Below, one piece after another: positions 37,753 through 50,635 of a stretch of 64,000 nt of DNA. Below the pieces are notes generated by a model that worked only from the letters and a program-made list of their open reading frames with translations, was not told the DNA's origin and searched no databases. Where the stretch lies: the NCBI RefSeq assembly GCF_001194135.2, contig NC_068983.1, positions 134,426,756-134,490,755 on the forward strand, read 5' to 3'. The stretch comes from Octopus bimaculoides (lineage: Eukaryota). Made by a program: the position numbers and the translations under genes. Positions within the stretch are counted from its first letter, which is position 1. Every line of letters begins with the position of its first letter.

Positions 37753-38719
37753 CTGAAAAGAAAAAGAAAAGAAACGATCAGACTTTTTGTATCTTAAAGA
37801 TCTTTCTCACATTCAATCCAAATTTCTTGAGTACTTCAGTGTAGTGAGAACCTTATTAGCTTCAATTGACTAATAGAAAGGAGTTAATAAAATCATGATA
37901 TCACTGACTACTAGGCTAGATTTTTCAGCTTTTTACCAGATTTGTATCATACTTCTCGTTACATAAGCACAACAAGAGTGACTTTGTTGATTTCTGCCTC
38001 AATCAAGACAAGTGAATAGTCAGCAAAAAGATAACATTACCTATGCTATTGAAATTTAACATCATGTATGAAAATTAATTTAGCACCTAAGACAAAACCA
38101 TTGTTAATATTTAAGATTTTTTAAAATTTCTTTGACAGAAAAACACCCACAAGATACATGTTTTCAAAGATTCCTTAACAGTATTCAATAACCACATCCA
38201 ATAACAAAAGATGTAGTGATGAGTTCTTATTGTAAAAGTGTGTCTATGTATTTGTAATATTCCAGAAACACTATTCAGAGTTAGACAATAAATTAGCAAA
38301 TACATAAAACATACAAGAAGGCTGTGATATTTATTAAATTTTAGTTGTATTCAGAAAAACTTATATTTCAAAATCAGTCATTATGTGATACTAATGTATT
38401 ATAAAATCAAATCCTACCATCAAATTTAGTAGATATAGCAATATACTATTATTCATTAACTTTACCAGTAATATTATTGTTGCTGAATTATTGCACAAGT
38501 TTTGAGAACATTTTTTTAAAAATTAAAATCTATTAACTAATTATTAGTAATTTTTACTTTAAAAAAATCATAACCAATTACTTTCCTTGATAAATTATTT
38601 TATAGCCTCATTAGGCTGCCATATTCTTTATGAATCTGATCACAAATAGTATACATTTATTCACTGACAGGCAAATAAGTTATTAAATACATACCATCCT
38701 TGGTGAGCAACCTAGATAA

Positions 38720-38827
38720 TCAAACTCCATAATTAACAGCAAGTCGCTCTCTAAGAGGTTGTGGAAACTGGTCTGAAAACTTGGACCAATTCTCATCTCC
38801 AACTTGTTGCTTGAATCCATGAAGAAT
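38720..38827 (-). CDS. TNPO1: TNPO1 last coding exon ([14 protein letters not shown]...[10 protein letters not shown])
   Basis: aatcag acceptor; TGA at 38722-38720; exon continues 25 nt to a donor at 38695. Confidence 0.96.
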   Translation of the reverse strand: MLHGFKQQVGDENWSKFSDQFPQPLRERLAVNYGV

Positions 38828-39254
38828 CTGATTTAAAAATGTAAACAAAAGCAATACATATTTAATGCAAATAAATGTAAATTATAAATTAGAAATACAT
38901 GGGTGTGCATCCATATGTTCACAAACCACAAAGATCTCATAAATGACTGGTGTTCACACCTCCAAAATTAGCAAGTTTATCTTAGGCATGTGATATTCTC
39001 TGAAGATCTGATACTTATTAACAAACAATTCAGTGAACTTTACTATAAGAGCTTAAGTACCCAGATGAAGATAATTCACCTGCATAATGCAGTCTGTGAG
39101 CTGAAAACAACATCCTCTTCATAATTTACAGACTGTTAGATTGGACATCTAGCTATAAAAACACATCTTCTAAAAGATCACTTGCAAATATTCCTTACAA
39201 GAAATGTATGCACAACCGAACAAATATATTGAAATGGTCAGGAAAGAAATTCAC

Positions 39255-39429
39255 CTTGTAAAACATTTCTTTAAGGTCATGTTTGGGGTGCACCCAAGAG
39301 GCAACAGCATCACAGAAGAAAATGAAATCTTGTACAACACCAGCTGGGTTCACATTTATCATGTTACACACTCCACGGAAAGCAGAATCCTTTTCTTCAT
39401 TGTCACGGATATTCCGCAAGGAAGTACAC
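39255..39429 (-). CDS. TNPO1: TNPO1 exon ([19 protein letters not shown]...DLKEMFYK)
   Basis: tatag|...|gtgaat, phase 2/0. Confidence 0.97.
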
Positions 39430-39667
39430 CTATATTGAAACAAATTTTCAATTAATATAAAGCAAAGATAAAAAAAACATAAGAGAAATTTTACTGAAAA
39501 TAAATGCATACAGAGGAAAACAAATGACTGTTTCAGAAATTACTTCCGACAGAATTGGAATGATGCTGAAAGAAAAAAAATTTCATAAATATGAAAAGTG
39601 TGTATGTATGAACTTGAATATTTAACATGAAAGAATAATAACAAGCTCAAATAGTTACAATTCTTAA

Positions 39668-39699
<32 letters not shown>

Positions 39700-42600
39700 C
39701 ACTTGTTTTCTAAGTTGCCAAATCCAAACTATTCTATTGCATTGCATACTTGGCTAAATTAAATCATTTTGGAATGTGTTGTTTGTTATTTACTATTATT
39801 TCAGTAAGACATCTCACAGTAGTAACATAAATCAAAATCTATAAATTGATAAACATCTGAAACATGCACAACTTATCCTTTTTGATTTGTTTTATATTCA
39901 GTTTCTGTGCAAATAGCCTATTATTGCCAGCTGACTGTAAGTAGTCCAGTCTTGCTGGTAGTTAACATATTCTTTAGATCCCCACACAGAAGATGTCATG
40001 AGCAATCAACAGTTTAGCTTTCATATGTGAACTGAAACCCCCATGTGTAATAATTAGAATGACATTTCTAAATTTCTTGCCCTCCCAACCTAGCTATCTC
40101 CAAAACATATAACATAATAGATAGGGACCATGTTTTACATTTGAGTGAAAATTAGGAATTTGAAGGTTTCTTATAAACACAATTTGGTTGATGGAAATCT
40201 CTTACATATACATGCATAGTTACATGCTTACCCCTCAAATACCAGCATTTCCTTTTAACATATAGTCCCCAAAATACAAAATGACAAGATGGCCACAGCT
40301 TGATTAGGTTTGACCCAGTGCTAAAACTTTATAAGTTTCACAAATATACAAAAGTCATTTTGTTCAATATTGAAAGTTGCTAAATGATACTAAATGCTTA
40401 TAGTTTTCACAAAGTCAAACTAAAATTCATTAAAAACTATTTTCTTCATAAAAAAGAAGTATTAGCATTTACCAAAAGTAAGACAAAAGAAAATTGAAAC
40501 AAATCAGTATTTCCTATACTATCAAGTTAAATAAGGAAATCCAAAGCTCAAATGATTTATAGGGACCTGAAACTGAAGGACTGAAACATGTTAATGAACA
40601 GTAGAAAGTGGCATAATGATGAAACATCACTCCTGATTAGCTGAAAAGCAATATGTACATCAAGTGAATAAATCAGATCAATAGTTTTGATAATTGTTGT
40701 ATACCAGTGAGAATGGCAGAAAATTCAGTGAATCTTTAAAAAAAAAAAACAAAGGATTCAGCTCTTAGAACTTACAAACTAATAAGCACAAAGAAGATTA
40801 TATCCCATCATTATCATTTAATGTCAACTTATTCTATGGATCAGACAGAATTTGTTGAGGCAGATTTTCAACAACTAGATGTCCTCCTTGTTACCAACCC
40901 ATACCTATTCCAAGCCAAGTAATATTTCTCCATAGCCAGATACGTTTTTCATGGAAGACTAACTTGCCCAGGGTGTCACAGCAAGACTGAACCCAGTTGG
41001 GAAGCAAGCTTCTCAACCACCTAGTGATACCCATCATAAAATTTACTTCAAATACATTTTGTATAAACTCTACAATCAATAAGACTGAATAAATAAATAA
41101 ATGACCACATTAATAAGCAATAAAGTTATTTCCATCAACCAAAGTGGATTTTTTTGTTTTGTTTATGTTTTTTAATTTCCACTGTCATATTCCCACTTGG
41201 AGGATTCTATAGATAAACTTTTTATATTATTTGATAGCTACAAAATATTAAACTTCAACTACTTTTATACATCTAATCTCCCTTGAATTTATCTTGCTGT
41301 CACCCACGAATTCTTTTTATTTTATAGTTCATACTTAACATACTTGTACAAAAATAGATCTCTATAACTGATCAGCAATCCTGAACTATCAATTGATTGT
41401 AAGATACAAGTCATTACTCAATGATAATTACAGAACAATTATTACTTATTTAAGCATACAAACCTTACATAATTTAGCATTTACAGAATCAGCTAAGACA
41501 GTTTGAGTTATGTATAAAAATTACATCAGAATTAAAGTCTGCTAATTGCAAGTAAAATATAAACACTTCATGTTCTATTTCAATAATAAAAAACAAAGTA
41601 ATATTATTTTGAGCAAAAAATTATATTTAGAGAGCTTAACAGCAAATACAAACCTGTAAAAAATTTAAAGAAACATGCATAAAAGCAGTGAATTGACAAA
41701 AAATGTTCCATAGAAAATTATGTTCAATCACTTCAAAAGCAATTATTAACAAGAGTCACAGAAATATAAAATGTTAAAATCTTTATACAATTGACATTTA
41801 ATACCTGAGCATTTAACAGCAGCTGGCAGAGATTTAAGTTCCTGACTACATAATTTACTGCTAGTGGTATTTTTACAATTAAAAATAAAAAATTAAAATA
41901 CTGAAGTGTTCACACCAATATCAACATTTTTTATGCAACAACACTGTACACCAACAATCAAAAGACTAGAAAATCTAAGGTTGCAGGACAAAATTTTGAA
42001 TGTAGAAAATTTTTCTAAATTATCAAGAAATAACCTGGTAGACCACATGGTCTACTAACTTGAGACATTTGGCAGTGGTGCACACAGAGGTAGAGAAGAA
42101 AAAAATCATATTTAAAAATGTGTGAGGGGAGAGATTAGATTCAAAACTAAACCAGTAAATTAATAATACTTAAGAATAAAACAAAAAAAAAGCTATTTAA
42201 AAATATCAAGAAAACCTTGTTTTATAATGTGTAATGGTATATGGTAAGGAATAGTGTATAGCAGTTAAAAAAACCCATATTACTAAATGCTGTGTCTTCA
42301 TAGAAAGCAGCTCAATTATAATACCAATACCTTTTTTGGTGTAAAAATTACAACTGCAATAAAGTTTAATACTATACACATTGACTTGGCTTTTGTCAGG
42401 TAACCAATGTTATTTAGTCATAAATCTTTCTTTAGTTCTATTAAGAATATTAATTCTAAATTTCCATAATAAAAACAAATAAAGTCAATACTAAAAATAA
42501 ATTGTATATCTTCATTTATACAGCACTACATGTATATGAGCCTTAAACCCACAAGCCAATGAAAAACTAGACTCATAATTTAAACTTATTCTAGACTCCA

Positions 42601-43103
42601 CAGAATTTAGTTGTGTCATGAAAAAGTCAAATTGGTGTGAATGAAATTTTAAAATCCTCTTCAGATGTATGTTAGAGTGTTTACTAAATGGTTTCCAGCA
42701 AGATTTAATAGATAGGATAACAAAATATAGTTCAAGTGACAATGATTTGTCATATCTTCAAAGGTAAAATACTAGATTATAATATAGTAATTATATATAT
42801 GTAATGCTTTAAATCTTTTTTTTTTTCAAACCCAAATCAATGATGATATAAAAAAATTAATAGCAAAGGTCAATGGTTAGTACTTTTACCTGGTATTTCA
42901 ATATTTCAGGGTTAGGACCCCTTCTTCAAGAAATCTGCAAAGAAAAGGCGTTGTTAGTTTTCTCTGCTTTGTAGTGTATATGAGCAGAGAATGCAACTAA
43001 CATTTTTTCTCTATAGACTTCCTGAAGTATGGGTCCTAATCAAGAAATATTGAAATACAAGGTAAAAGTCTTAAGCAGTGACCTTTGTTATTTTTTTTTA
43101 TAA

Positions 43104-43378
43104 CTTGCATTGTTTGGGTTAAAAAAAAAGTTTTGAATGGTACAATGCACTATAATAGAGACAATGAACTATATACCTGTTGTAATTTAGTCATCCACAG
43201 TCTGATGATATCTCAGAATAAAATTCTTTCTTCAGATATTCTTAGATGGAGTCGCTGCTATAAACTGATTATGGATGACTAAATTACAACAGGTATATAG
43301 CCCATTGTTTGTATTATAGTGCATTGTTGTACCATTCAAAACTTTTTATTCTTTACAAACAATACACAATGTTACAAG
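43104..43378. mobile_element. fold-back MITE with about 95-nt TIRs
   Basis: Perfect 29-bp inner stem 43169-43197 / 43272-43300, extended by imperfect pairing. Confidence 0.8.
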
Positions 43379-43445
43379 CGAACTACAATACTCTCCTAAT
43401 TAAAAATATACACATTTCAGACAAGTCTTCGTGAAAACTATACTA

Positions 43446-43488
<43 letters not shown>

Positions 43489-43516
43489 CGTGTGTGTGCG
43501 CGCACACATATACACA

Positions 43517-44361
43517 CAAACGAGGAATTTAGCAATGTTATTTTGTTCACTTAGTCTTATATGTTTACACATTTAATGCCTTCAAAGTATACTCCATTTG
43601 AAGCAATGCATCAGTCCAGATGCGTTTTGCACTGTTTGAAGCAGTGCTGGAACTCTTGCAAAGTGATGCTTTTTAATGCATCCATCATTGTTTTCTTCAC
43701 CTCTTCCAAATCTGCAAATCTGTAGCACCAGCTTTCATCACCAGTGATCACCTTCGAAAGGTCTGGATCAACTTCCAGCTGTTCTTTCAGTTCATGACAC
43801 ATTCAGTTGTGACTGCTTTTGATCTTCTGTGAGCAAAAGAGGCACAAATTTTGCTGCAACTATTTTCCATTTCCAATTCCTCGCAGGAGCTCCAGGATAC
43901 AGCAATCATGTCAACAAGTTGTTGTTCAAGGACGTTCCTCCAAGATCAATCTATGAATTTTTGTGATGTTTTCATTCATTTAGGAGGTCGACAGACACCC
44001 TGAATGAGGTTGGTCTTCAAATAACAAGTGACTATTCTTAAAGACTGAAAACCACTCGTAAACTTGTATTTTGCTCCTGGTAGCAGCCTTGTAAACTGTT
44101 TGAAGCACGAAACTGTTTCAGCCACCATTTTTCCCAGCAGAAAACAGAATTTCACAAAAGCATGCTGTTCCTTTGTTTCAGTCATCAACGAACAGGGGAG
44201 AAGCACTACAAAAAGACACATCACGTGGCAGTACAACTTCAGCTAATGACACCGGTCAGCAGACTGATGCCTGAGGGTTGCATCAAGTGGCTTCAAGCAG
44301 CAGAAGCTCAAACTACAACAGGCTTGCCCCACAGGAAACATCTCTAGTTACCTTTGGGTAT
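43517..44361 (-). mobile_element. internally deleted mariner transposon
   Basis: KEQHAFVKFCFLLGK (N-terminal HTH), VITGDESWCY (first catalytic Asp) fused to RFADLEEVKK; one end resembles a CGAGGGG.TACCCAAA TIR. Confidence 0.85.
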
Positions 44362-44648
44362 CCCCTCTTGTCTGTCTGTATGTATGTATGTATGTATGTA
44401 TGTATGTATGTATGTATGCATGCATCTGTATGTATGTATCAACATGTGTGTGTGTATATATGTGCAGGCATGACTGTATTAAGAAGTTCATTCTCACTAT
44501 GAGGTACTGTTGGCCGGTGTCTTCAACCATGTCTCGTGAGTGAGCCAGGTGAAAAAACTAACTTGATACATACAGTGTGATTTGTTCAAAATCTTCAACA
44601 AAAACATGGACAGCCATTAAGCTTTTTATTATTCAAAACATACACATG

Positions 44649-44686
<38 letters not shown>

Positions 44687-45271
44687 CGTATATGCAAATC
44701 TGCGTAAGTTTGTATTCTGTGTACTTGTATCAAGCATTGAGAGAGAGAAAAAAGTGGGGGGGGGGGTTATATTAGTGCACTAAGACAATTCTATTAGTGA
44801 AAAATCAGGTAAGGCATTGATGACAGGAAGTGCCTCAAGCTGTAAAACAATTTTTCAATATTTATTCACCCAACTCTTGCTGGCATAGAAAAACATTAAA
44901 AACAAATGGATGAATTAAGTATACAGTAACTCATAAATTTATTTATTTATATATATATATATATAAAAATAAAATCATTATTTGCACCATGTACATCAAG
45001 GCCTGGAATATATTTGTGTATGTGAACATCCTTCTCCAAAGTTGGCTTGCTATAAAGGAAAAACACCTATAATTTGAATTACTGTTATAAGAGTGTGTGT
45101 GTATATATACATACATACACACACACACATACATATATATTATAGGTGTGTTGGTGTATTTTGTCCTTTCCCTTTATGGAATGCCAACTTTGGAAAAGTT
45201 TTGATTCTTCTCAATTGCCATCTGGTAACTATGACATCCTACTGGAGGCAAAAGTGTCATATAGTGTATGT

Positions 45272-45317
<46 letters not shown>

Positions 45318-45499
45318 ACATACAATGTTTATAAATGGATGTATACCTATGTAGATGTAGAAGTTCACTTCACCACCATGAGATCTGCATGGAGTCAACA
45401 CATAGTTTGTGAGTAAAATTCGGTAGATAGAAACTGCTTAGAAGCTTGTTAGGTGAATTGTATCATAATTCAAAAGTGCAGTAGATAGGGTAATAGATT

Positions 45500-46040
45500 A
45501 GAAAATGTTGAAAAAGCAATTACTTCGGCAGGTAAAAACCTTCCCTTTTATACTGAAGAGCAGATTCTTTGATGCTTGTGTCTGAATTGCAATGATGCAT
45601 GGTAGTAAGATGTGAGCACTGAATACAGAAGATTTGTGAAGGCTAGAAAGAAATGAAGCAAGCTCACCCCAATGGATGTCAACATGCATGATCACCATAG
45701 TATAAATGAGCTGAGAAGAAAAACTGGGTGTAACAGAAATCAAATGTCGGGTGCAAGAGAGAAAGTTGCATTGGTATGGGCATGAGATGCATATGGAGGA
45801 TGGTTGCTGCATAAGGAAGTGCCATGCACTCCAAGAAACCCAAGAAAGAAGGAATCGAGTAAGACATGGGATGAATTGGTAAAGGCTGACCTGAAGATGT
45901 TGCACCTTCAATGTCAAAGGACATATTGATTGATGATACATGGTGCTGCAGAAGACCCAACAGCTCATGGCAAAAAGTGCATTAAAATGATGGTACTGAT
46001 AGCTGGAATCTCTATATGGATACATAGGTTTGGCAGGAAA

Positions 46041-46077
<37 letters not shown>

Positions 46078-46415
46078 TGGCACCTGTGCCCAGCGTTGCC
46101 TTCCTGGCACTTGTAAAGACATTCGAGCGAGATCGTTGCCGGTGCCGCTGGACTGGCTCCTGTGCAGGTGGCACATAAAATACACCATTTTGAGCGTGGC
46201 CGTTGCCAGTACCGCCTGACTGGCCTTCGTGCCGGTGGCACGTAAAAACACCCACTACACTCTCGGAGTGGTTGGTGTTAGGAAGGGCATCCAGCTGTAG
46301 AAACTCTGCCAAACCAGATTGGAGCCTGGTGTAGCCATCTGGTTCACCAGTCCTCAGTCAAATCGTCCAACCCATGCTAGCATGGAAAGCAGACATTAAA
46401 CAATGATGATGATGA
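45500..46415 (+). mobile_element. RTE C-terminal fragment plus RTE 3' UTR/tail (composite, split by CA repeat)
   Basis: Decayed ORF end at 45500-45930; 67-nt units start at 46134 and 46201; (GAT)n tail. Confidence 0.8.
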
Positions 46416-47010
46416 GATATATATATGTATGTATGTATATATATATATACACACACACACATTGCCTAGGAAATAAATGTGTTCTACTCTTTTGTATGTC
46501 TAAGTCCCTTGGCTACAGTATATAAGGCAGGACACTTGTCATGCTGATGACACTTACCAAGACAGAAATATGTTCAAGGCCATCGTGGGTGTGTGTGTGT
46601 ATGCACACAGTTACATATCTAGACATAGTCGCACACATGTGCTAGCGTGTGTCATCATTTTAACCTCTAATTTTTTATGCTTGTATAGAGCAGATGTTAT
46701 TTGTTGAGGCAGATTTTCCGGCCAGATATCCTCGCTGTTGCTAACCCTTATCCGTTTCCAACCTAGCAAATTACCTAGTCTATCATTAAAAAACCCCAAC
46801 TCAGACACCATTTCAAGTCCTTTTGTTTATAAAGATCATGCAACATATCAAGATACACGAAGCTGTTTTTGCAATCACCTGCAAGTATACAACAGCCCCA
46901 GTATTGATAGCAAGGCTGTTTTGTCTAGTCAACAAATGCATGTAAAAACAAGCGGAATATAAAAACTCATTCACACAAATAAACAGATGTAGAGACACAT
47001 ATATACATAC

Positions 47011-47082
<72 letters not shown>

Positions 47083-47176
47083 ATATATAGTATATGTTTG
47101 AATATACAAAATGGAAAAATGTAACTCAAAACGTGTGTGTAGAAAACAAAGTTATTTTATTCTACACAGGTAGAAA

Positions 47177-48075
47177 TATGGGAAAAAATAGTTGAAAATG
47201 CACTGAGAATAGTTAAAATATTTTTTAATATATTTGAAGCTTTAAAAGGTTTCACAGTTTACACTGATTTTCAAAAGGTTCAAATAGAAAGATTTGGCTA
47301 ATATCGCAGTTGTTTTGCTTCTGACTAGTGTTAGAAGTCTGCCCTGTTTTTATAGGGAGTTCATGGCACAAATTAGTATGTTTTGAATAGGATATGATTG
47401 GTACAGGATAGTCACATGACTAGTCTTAGAAATTTTTGTAAGTTCCCCACTACCTCTGTGTTAGCATCAAGTGACAATGTTTGACACAGCTGACTAGCCA
47501 TTGGACTACAAACAACTCCTGTCCACTCTCCCACGAGGCAGATTAAATTTGGAGTGCCTTGATTATAAATAAACATGTTCACTCAACTGTGGTGGCCTTC
47601 TTTTTAGGCATAAAATATACTGTCACATGACACTAACGTAGTGGGAAATGTACAGAAGGTTATAAACTTAATCATGTGTTCATTCTCTACAAACACTTGA
47701 CAGAAAACATTTAGAGCATTGTTTGTTTGGACTTGTTCAGTCAACTGTGCCAGCTTTAACTTATGATGCCAAACATTGTCACTTGGTACTAACACATGAA
47801 CATAGTGGGGGAACCTACAAACATTTCTAAGACCAGTCATGTGACTATTCTCTACCAATGAAATCCTATTCAAAACGTATATTAATTTGAGCCTGAACTT
47901 TCTATAAAAATGGCAAACTAACACTAGTCAGAAGCAAAACAGCTGCAACATAAGCGACATCTTTCTATTTGAACTTTTTGAAAATCAGTGTAAACTGTGA
48001 AACCCTTTAAAGCTTCAAATATATTAATAAAAAATATTTTAACTAGTCTCAGTGCATTTTCAACTTCTATTTTTC

Positions 48076-48080
<5 letters not shown>
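47177..48080. mobile_element. large fold-back element, about 340-nt inverted arms, TA-flanked
   Basis: 47177-47510 is the reverse complement of about 47730-48080 (e.g. TATTTGAAGCTTTAAA.GGTTTCACAGTTTACACTGATTTTCAAAA). Confidence 0.85.
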
Positions 48081-48114
<34 letters not shown>

Positions 48115-50559
48115 TATCATCATCATCATTTAACGCCTGTTTTCTATGTGTATGTATATCCACCTTCTGCACTCCTGAGTGATCCACCTCATCTACCTGT
48201 TAGTCACTTTCATTCTTTCAACTCATATCCCTCCATTTCTTATCTCACTACTATCTATGGATTGTGTAAATTATGAATGGTTCACCCTGCATCTCACACT
48301 CACCCACCCCTAATCTCCCACCAAAATCCTTTACTAATACTATCTATTGATCTATCCTCTTCATTTTACCTGTGCACACTTTCCGTCTTCCATCCATTTC
48401 CCTACTCCAATCATCCCCATCTCTGCTGCATTTTCCTTCAATGTCCACTCTGTACAGCTCATCTGCTACCACCAGCATCCCCTTCTCCCCCTCTGGCCTC
48501 ACTCCAAGATCCTAACAGAACTCTTTCCCTCAATGATTCTTCCTGGATCCACCCACTCTCACCTACTTTCTTTGATGCTCCCTTCTGCCCATCCTTGCCC
48601 TCATGTGACTTAACTCATTTCATCACCCTAACCACCGTCCTTTTATCAGTGACTAGACACAATCCCTCCTCTTTCCCAACAGTCTACACTGTTATTCCCT
48701 CTACTACCACCATCTCCCAACTATAAATCTGTTCCTTTCATCATACTTTATCCTCTTTCATCAAGTTGCCTGTAAGCATTTCCTCAACATTCTCCTCCAG
48801 TTTAGCAAGTTGACTTCACTTGTACTGGTATAACGAAAAAAAGCACCCAGTACATCCTGTAAAGTGACTGGCACTAGGATGGGTATCCAACCATAAAAAC
48901 CAAACTACAACAGACATGGTAGCATAATGTGATCCTCTTGACTCATCAGATCCTGTTGAAGCATCCAAATCATCCCAGCAAGGAAAGTGGACATTAAATA
49001 ATGATAGTAGTTGTGTGAGTAAGTGTGCACATGTGCATGTGTCGGTTTCACTGTCTTCACATTTGTGTGCTGTTTGTAAATAGCATCATTTGTTTGCAAT
49101 TTTCTGTAAAATTAACCCCCTGCTTTTGTGATCCTAAGCTGTTCATATCCAAAGGACAAGTGGAAATATCTTGCTGGGAAAGTGGGAGGTTGGAGAGAAG
49201 AGCATCTGGCTGTAGAAAATCTGTCACAACACATTTTGTCTGATCCACGCAAGCATAGAAAAAGCAGACATTAAAATGATTATGTACATATATTTGTGAA
49301 CATATACCTCTCACTGGTTAGAGTTTTTGCAAATATAATTTTTTTGACCTTGTGAATTAATACTATGAAGAAAAAAAATTCAAGAAAACTCTTTTACCTG
49401 CTCCAGTGACTGGGCTGTGGCCAGGAACTATTCCAAGAATCAATTTTTTTTTATGTGAAAAATTGAATTTAGAACTAGGTAGGTTTTTACCAAAGAAAAT
49501 TCTTCAAAATGAAACAAAGTAATTCCTCTAATCTACAATTTTAAACTTATTAGTCATGTTTAAACAGTTCATCTGCACAGAACATCTCAAGTTAGAAATT
49601 AAAGAAGAGTTATTGAGTTAAAGCATCAATATCAAGCTAGCTCAATTAGCTGAAGTCCACCCTCAGATTTGTAGATCATGACTATCTTAAATCACAAGCA
49701 TGCCCAGATCAAGACATTTACAATAGTTCCATTAAAAGTATTCAATATAGTGTGTATGAGTGTGTATACTTTTGTGTGGTTGCAATTATTTTCAAACTCA
49801 ACCATAAGTTGCAAATATTAGTAAATATTGAACATTTTGATAGTTACATTTTACAGCAGACAACTAAGTTTGCAATAAACAGAGCAAATCCAATGGTTTT
49901 ATTCCTTATTCATAAAACTGGAAAGCAAACAGATATGAGAAATTTCTACTTACAGGACATTTTAAAATATAGTGAAGCTAGAAATAGATTTAATTGGGGA
50001 TAGGGAAGAGGGAGCACACATCCTTGAAACAATCAAAGTAACTACATTATCTCAAAATCCCACCCACTCCCAAAACAGATGGTGTTGATTAGAAAAAGAA
50101 GAAAAAAAACAATTGGAAATCATTCTGAGCTGTAAATAGCATTTGGTTTGTTTGACTGCTTAAAACAGAAGGGTGTTAAAAAATAATAATAAATGAAATA
50201 AACTGAAAGAGAAATGTTACAGATTGTAAAGCCAACAATAAAGGGGATACATAGGTTTCCTAAAGAAAAACAAACTAATGTAAAATTGTTAAAGAAACTG
50301 ATGAAGATAAAAAAAAAAACAAATAAAACTGAAGTAATAATAATAATAATAATCTAAATAAATAAATGAAAAACAGCTGTGTAGATCATAGAGGAATTTC
50401 AATGTCTAAATAATGTCAACAAACATCAGCTTCCCTTATATAGCAAGTGGCACAGCTGTATAAGTTTGACAGATGTTTGTGTAAACATTGCAAGACTGAA
50501 GAAATATCATTCTGAACAAAAAATGTGAAAGAAGAGAAATAAAAAAAAGGTTTACACAC

Positions 50560-50635
50560 CACTGCCTGATAAACTGTTGTAACATAGGGGCGACTTCTTG
50601 CGGACATACTAAACCAAGGCGACCAATTGTTATCG
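50560..50635 (-). CDS. TNPO1: TNPO1 exon ([26 protein letters not shown])
   Basis: catag|...|gtgtgt, phase 1/2. Confidence 0.95.

Noticed and set aside
40616-40645. C/D-box snoRNA-like ATGATGA...CTGA motifs (also about 26480 and 53200)
   Set aside because: Too short or on the wrong strand for the host intron, and no terminal stem or guide is evident.
45498-46241. 247-aa minus-strand ORF and other Pro/Ser/His-rich ORFs (e.g. 48277-48726)
   Set aside because: Antisense reading of RTE fragments, microsatellites or purine-skewed decayed repeats.
46540-46585. CTGATGA...GAAA, a possible hammerhead ribozyme (also at about 24309 and 62848)
   Set aside because: Stem II cannot close correctly, or GAAA and the stem I/III partners are missing.
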